From: Isurus oxyrinchus
Taxonomy: Eukaryota
Length of the DNA: 64,000 nt
Assembly (NCBI GenBank): GCA_026770705.1
Contig: JANJGN010000026.1
Span: forward strand, 36,456,001 to 36,520,000
Direction: 5' to 3'
Under the pieces are notes generated by a model that searched no databases, was not told the origin of the DNA, and was given only the letters and a program-made list of their open reading frames with translations. Below, in pieces: positions 60,208 through 64,000 of this stretch (its first letter is position 1; the number at the start of each line of letters is the position of its first letter). Position numbers and translations under genes: made by a program.

Positions 60208-61100
60208 ATGCGTATCTCCGTTCTCGCTGTGATCTGGGTGACATTCGTTGTCAGCAAGAAATTTAAAACATTTTTAAAGAAGGCTTCAGTTTCTGGAGGG
60301 ATAAATATGAAGAAAAAGACTGGGGAATTCATGTTAATCAAGCGCTGGACCTACGTTAGAGTGCACTTAAGTTATTGTCTGCAGACTTGGTATCTTCCTT
60401 ATAAGAAGAATAAAGAAACATAAAACACAATGTAAAAATTAATTACAATGCTGATGCCAGAATTGAGAGATAATAACTCTCGAAGAACACTGAAGAGACT
60501 GGGCGTATTTCCTCGAGTAATCAGAAGACTGATGGGTAACCGGATAGAGCTCTTTAACATGAGGAGGAGTTTCGATCGGGAAGATATGGGAAAGATGCAT
60601 ACTGTTGAGGAGAATTCCAAAACTTTGGCTCATAAATAAGAGTCACAGAAAGACCCAAAGGGGAATTCATGAGGAACTTCTTTCTCCTTTAGAATATGGA
60701 ATTCACTGTCAGAAGGAGGAGATGAGCAAAATTTTCAGTGTCAGTTCTTTTTAGTCGAACTTTTAGTCGATGGTTTCCGTTTTCATTAACCGTGTCTTCC
60801 AGATCTGATCCATGGAGATTCTGTTGCTCACGCCGAATCCTCACAGGCAGTGGGAAAAGATGTCATTTTAACCTGCACCTATACTGACGATGTTTATTAC
60901 TATTTCTGGTACCAACAAGGCCCAGGCATACAGTCCGAGTTTGCAATCTGCAGGCACAAGAGCGGCAGTTGTGAACTGAAGGCAGATTTCGCTCAGGACC
61001 GGTTTTCTGATACAGTCCACCAGTTAGGCAAGTTGTATCGATTGACCATCTCGGAGCTGCAGCTGTCTGACACCACGGTCTATTAGTGTGCACAGAGTCT
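60208..61100 (+). pseudogene. TCR V pseudogene (leader 60208-60253, V exon 60803-61100)
   Basis: Leader MRISVLAVIWVTFVV with a GC donor. V has TAG at 61084-86 in place of the Tyr before Cys. RSS CACAGCG-23-ACAACAACT (61101-61139). Confidence 0.9.
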
Positions 61101-62396
61101 CACAGCGATGGAACCGAGCGGAACCCTCGTACAACAACTGCTGCAGCTTTCTGGGTCGCAGTTGCTATCTGCTGAGGGCTGTTTATAACAACGGGTCAGA
61201 CACTGACACGTGAATCCATTCTGTGCCCGCAGACCCCGAGCACAATCCACATAAACACCATCTAAAATCACTCACATCGAATACTGATTCAGTCTGATTA
61301 GTGTATTCATTGTGTGAGGTCAAAATTGGCTTTTGTTTGATTGGGCTCTCTGGAAACGCGCAACTCCCATTGAGAATACAAACCTCTGTAGGCCGCCTGT
61401 AATCAGGTTTTTCCCTGTACCGCTGTTATGGAAAGAACCCAGGGAAAAAGAACAAATAATGTTTGTTTTGAAATATCAGTCTAAAGTGGGTCTTCGGTCA
61501 CGTGTTGGTCAGACAAGACAGGGATGCCAAATTTCCTTCCCAAAAGGCATTGGTGAACTAGGTATTCGGTGTCAATTGATGTCATCACTTCATTATCACC
61601 ATTACCGAGATATGTTTTATACTCTAGATTTATTAATTGAATTTAAGTTCCATCAGCTGTCGTGGTGTGATTTGAACCCGTGTTCCCCTAAGTGTTGGCC
61701 TGGATCCTGGATTACTAGTCCCGTGATATTGCCAACACTCCAACATCTCCTCACATTTAGCATCAATTCCTGTCAGTAACATCAAAAACAATACAGACAA
61801 CGACTACTCAGGTCCAAATTCGATTCCTGTGAGAGATTGTCTGACATTGGCCCTTTAATATGAAAACCAAGAAGCCCTAGATCCTATCAATGACCACATT
61901 CCACTTATCAATGGCCCCATTCTAAACAGGTCCGAACACACTTCGCCAGTAGAGGGCGTCCAGGGCATCACCAAGTCTCGTGAAACGAACACCAAAGCCA
62001 ATAGGGATGGTTTCTTGAGTGATGTTGCAATGGCCCCAGCCCTCTGCAGTGTGCACGTGGAACAATGAACTGAACAGAGCCCGGGTTCCTTCTCCACTTC
62101 TCAATCTCTGGATCGTTGAATTCACATTCACTGAGAAAGATTCAGTCAGACATATTTCTGATAATACTGACAGCTGTCTTGGACTGTCAATGCTGGATTA
62201 TGTTCATCATTAAAATAAACAAATTAACACATTGATCCAATTGCAGCTTGTACAGGTATTCAATGTTGTTAGCGATCCTGTATATGCATATTATGGACAG
62301 TTTGGTAGGTGGGAATTTACATAAACTCATACAGCTAAACACAGGTTTAGATCGATCCGGTTTAACCTCCTGGATTTTGTTCCTCTAACTTCACAG

Positions 62397-62689
62397 GTGG
62401 ACTATGTGCAGATGCAGTAACACAGTCTCTGGTGACACTGGCCGTGTCAGAAGGGGGTTTGGTGAAGTGAGACTGCGGATATAAAACCCTGTATTTATAC
62501 ATCATGTAACAGTATTGGCAGAAACCGGCACAGCCTCCAAGCTGGATCATTAGCAAAGCAGCAGCACTGAAGGGATTGAAAATCTGAGAACGATATCTGG
62601 CTGCTGCTGACGAGGCTGCACAGCCCGATTACCTCAATGTAAGCAGCCTGGGTGTGGAGGACCGGGCGGTCAACTCATGTGCAGCGAGA
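62397..62689 (+). pseudogene. TCR V pseudogene (family of 56346 and 59196)
   Basis: Reads GLCADAVTQSLVTLAVSEGG... with several stops. RSS CACAATG-23-ACAGTAAGC (62690-62728). Confidence 0.88.
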
Positions 62690-64000
62690 CACAATGTCAG
62701 ATAAAATCGAAGAACCCGGACAGTAAGCTCAGCGAGTGTTCACAGCTCCATTAATTTCTCTTTGGCTCTTTCATCTGCGGGAAACAAAGCCGACTGAGAA
62801 CAAAGATTAGCAGGTTTGTTTATCAAACAATTGCATTGCTGTTTTTGTCCTTCTCCACATCAACAGGGAACAGGTCTGGGAAATCTTGAGCCTTATCTTC
62901 AAGTCCGGAGCTCTATCTACTCGGTAAATGTCTCGAAGTTCACCCGGAATATTGATGTGTGAACAGAGGTAGAGAAGGTTCTCAGATATTCAGTAACTAA
63001 AGCCTAACATTATGAAATGTTCTTCCAGGCCGTTAACTCAGGCAGACCAGAGGACATTCTTCGCCATTCATTCCTGTAACAAAATATAGAATTTATCCAA
63101 GTCTGGGACTAGATGTAACATATAAAATATACAACGCCGATTTTTACCTAGACTCAGCATATAACACGACAATTGTTACAATAAAGGGATGCGGAGAGCA
63201 TCTGATTTCGATTTCGACAGGGAATAACTGAACGTAGAAAGTTTTTTTAGGTATTTTTGCTCTGATATTAAAGAGTGATCACATGTCAGGGGCAGAATCA
63301 CTTATTGGGATATCGAGGGAGAGTGTTAATAAACATGCAGCTCTCTGATAATGGCACAGGCGACAAACGGTCGTAAGAACAAACATCACAGGCCTCGCGT
63401 TTGCCAGTCGCTGGCACTTCAAAACATTAAAATGTGAATCGAGCACCGATCCAGATGGTTTTCCAGGAAAAATATCCTGCTGGTATTTCAGAACCAATAT
63501 CTGAAATATAATGCACCCTGCTGGGGCTTTCACCCTTATATTTCCATGGAGCTGTTCTGACTTAAGAAAAATAAGTTGGTTGATAACGATTGTTTTGCAT
63601 GATTAGTTTGCATTTACAGCGGCCTGTGGTGCAGATAGTATATCCTTAAGCGAGCAGGGGACGGCGCAGGTGGGGAAAGAGGCTCAAATCCGAATACCAG
63701 GAATGATTGGATTCCGTGGTGCCGGAAATTATCATTCCCCACAGCAGAATTCATAATCTCCCTCTATCAGGGCAGAGCAACCAAGGAAACCGAACGGTTT
63801 GGAAAGTGTCTTGACTGGAAAATGATTTTAACACTCTTTGTAGGTAAGAAACGGCAGTTTCAGACACCTGGGTGTATGATTGCAGGAAGAGGCACATGTG
63901 GAAAACGCTTACCGATCCTGTAGAACGACTCTCATTCTTCTCAATCATCGAGTTAATTACTTTCATCCTCACCACCTCGAGTAACCCTTTGTCAGCACAA

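Overview
This is vertebrate genomic DNA, very probably from a shark or other cartilaginous fish, judged by the NAR-type V domain, the GPR139-like receptors and the repeat families. Bases ~1-12.5 kb hold two divergently oriented C2H2 zinc-finger pseudogenes and two decayed tRNA genes. From ~13.9 kb to the end lies part of a T-cell receptor alpha/delta V-segment array with 11 V segments on both strands, most followed by recognisable RSSs. The centrepiece is a NAR-TCR cassette: leader + NAR V, a J, and a leaderless supporting TCRdelta V, with the paired non-canonical cysteines. An intact two-exon GPR139-like class A GPCR and an inverted pseudogene copy sit between the V segments. CR1, L2, RTE, SINE, Penelope-like and LTR/env remnants, a 69-bp minisatellite and a hidden 27-bp satellite fill much of the rest. 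The most unusual observations are as follows. (1) The NAR V has no separate D; it carries a long 3' extension and a 12-bp-spacer RSS that pairs directly with the 23-RSS J, suggesting a germline V-D join. (2) Two other V segments have 12-bp spacers where their paralogs have 23. (3) The supporting V carries tandem RSS copies. (4) One V has lost its coding end flush with an intact RSS, like an open-and-shut joint. (5) One V coding end is fused to GPCR intron sequence. Together these could be footprints of germline RAG activity in a TCR locus, but that is inference. Family assignments are by eye and no database searches were run.
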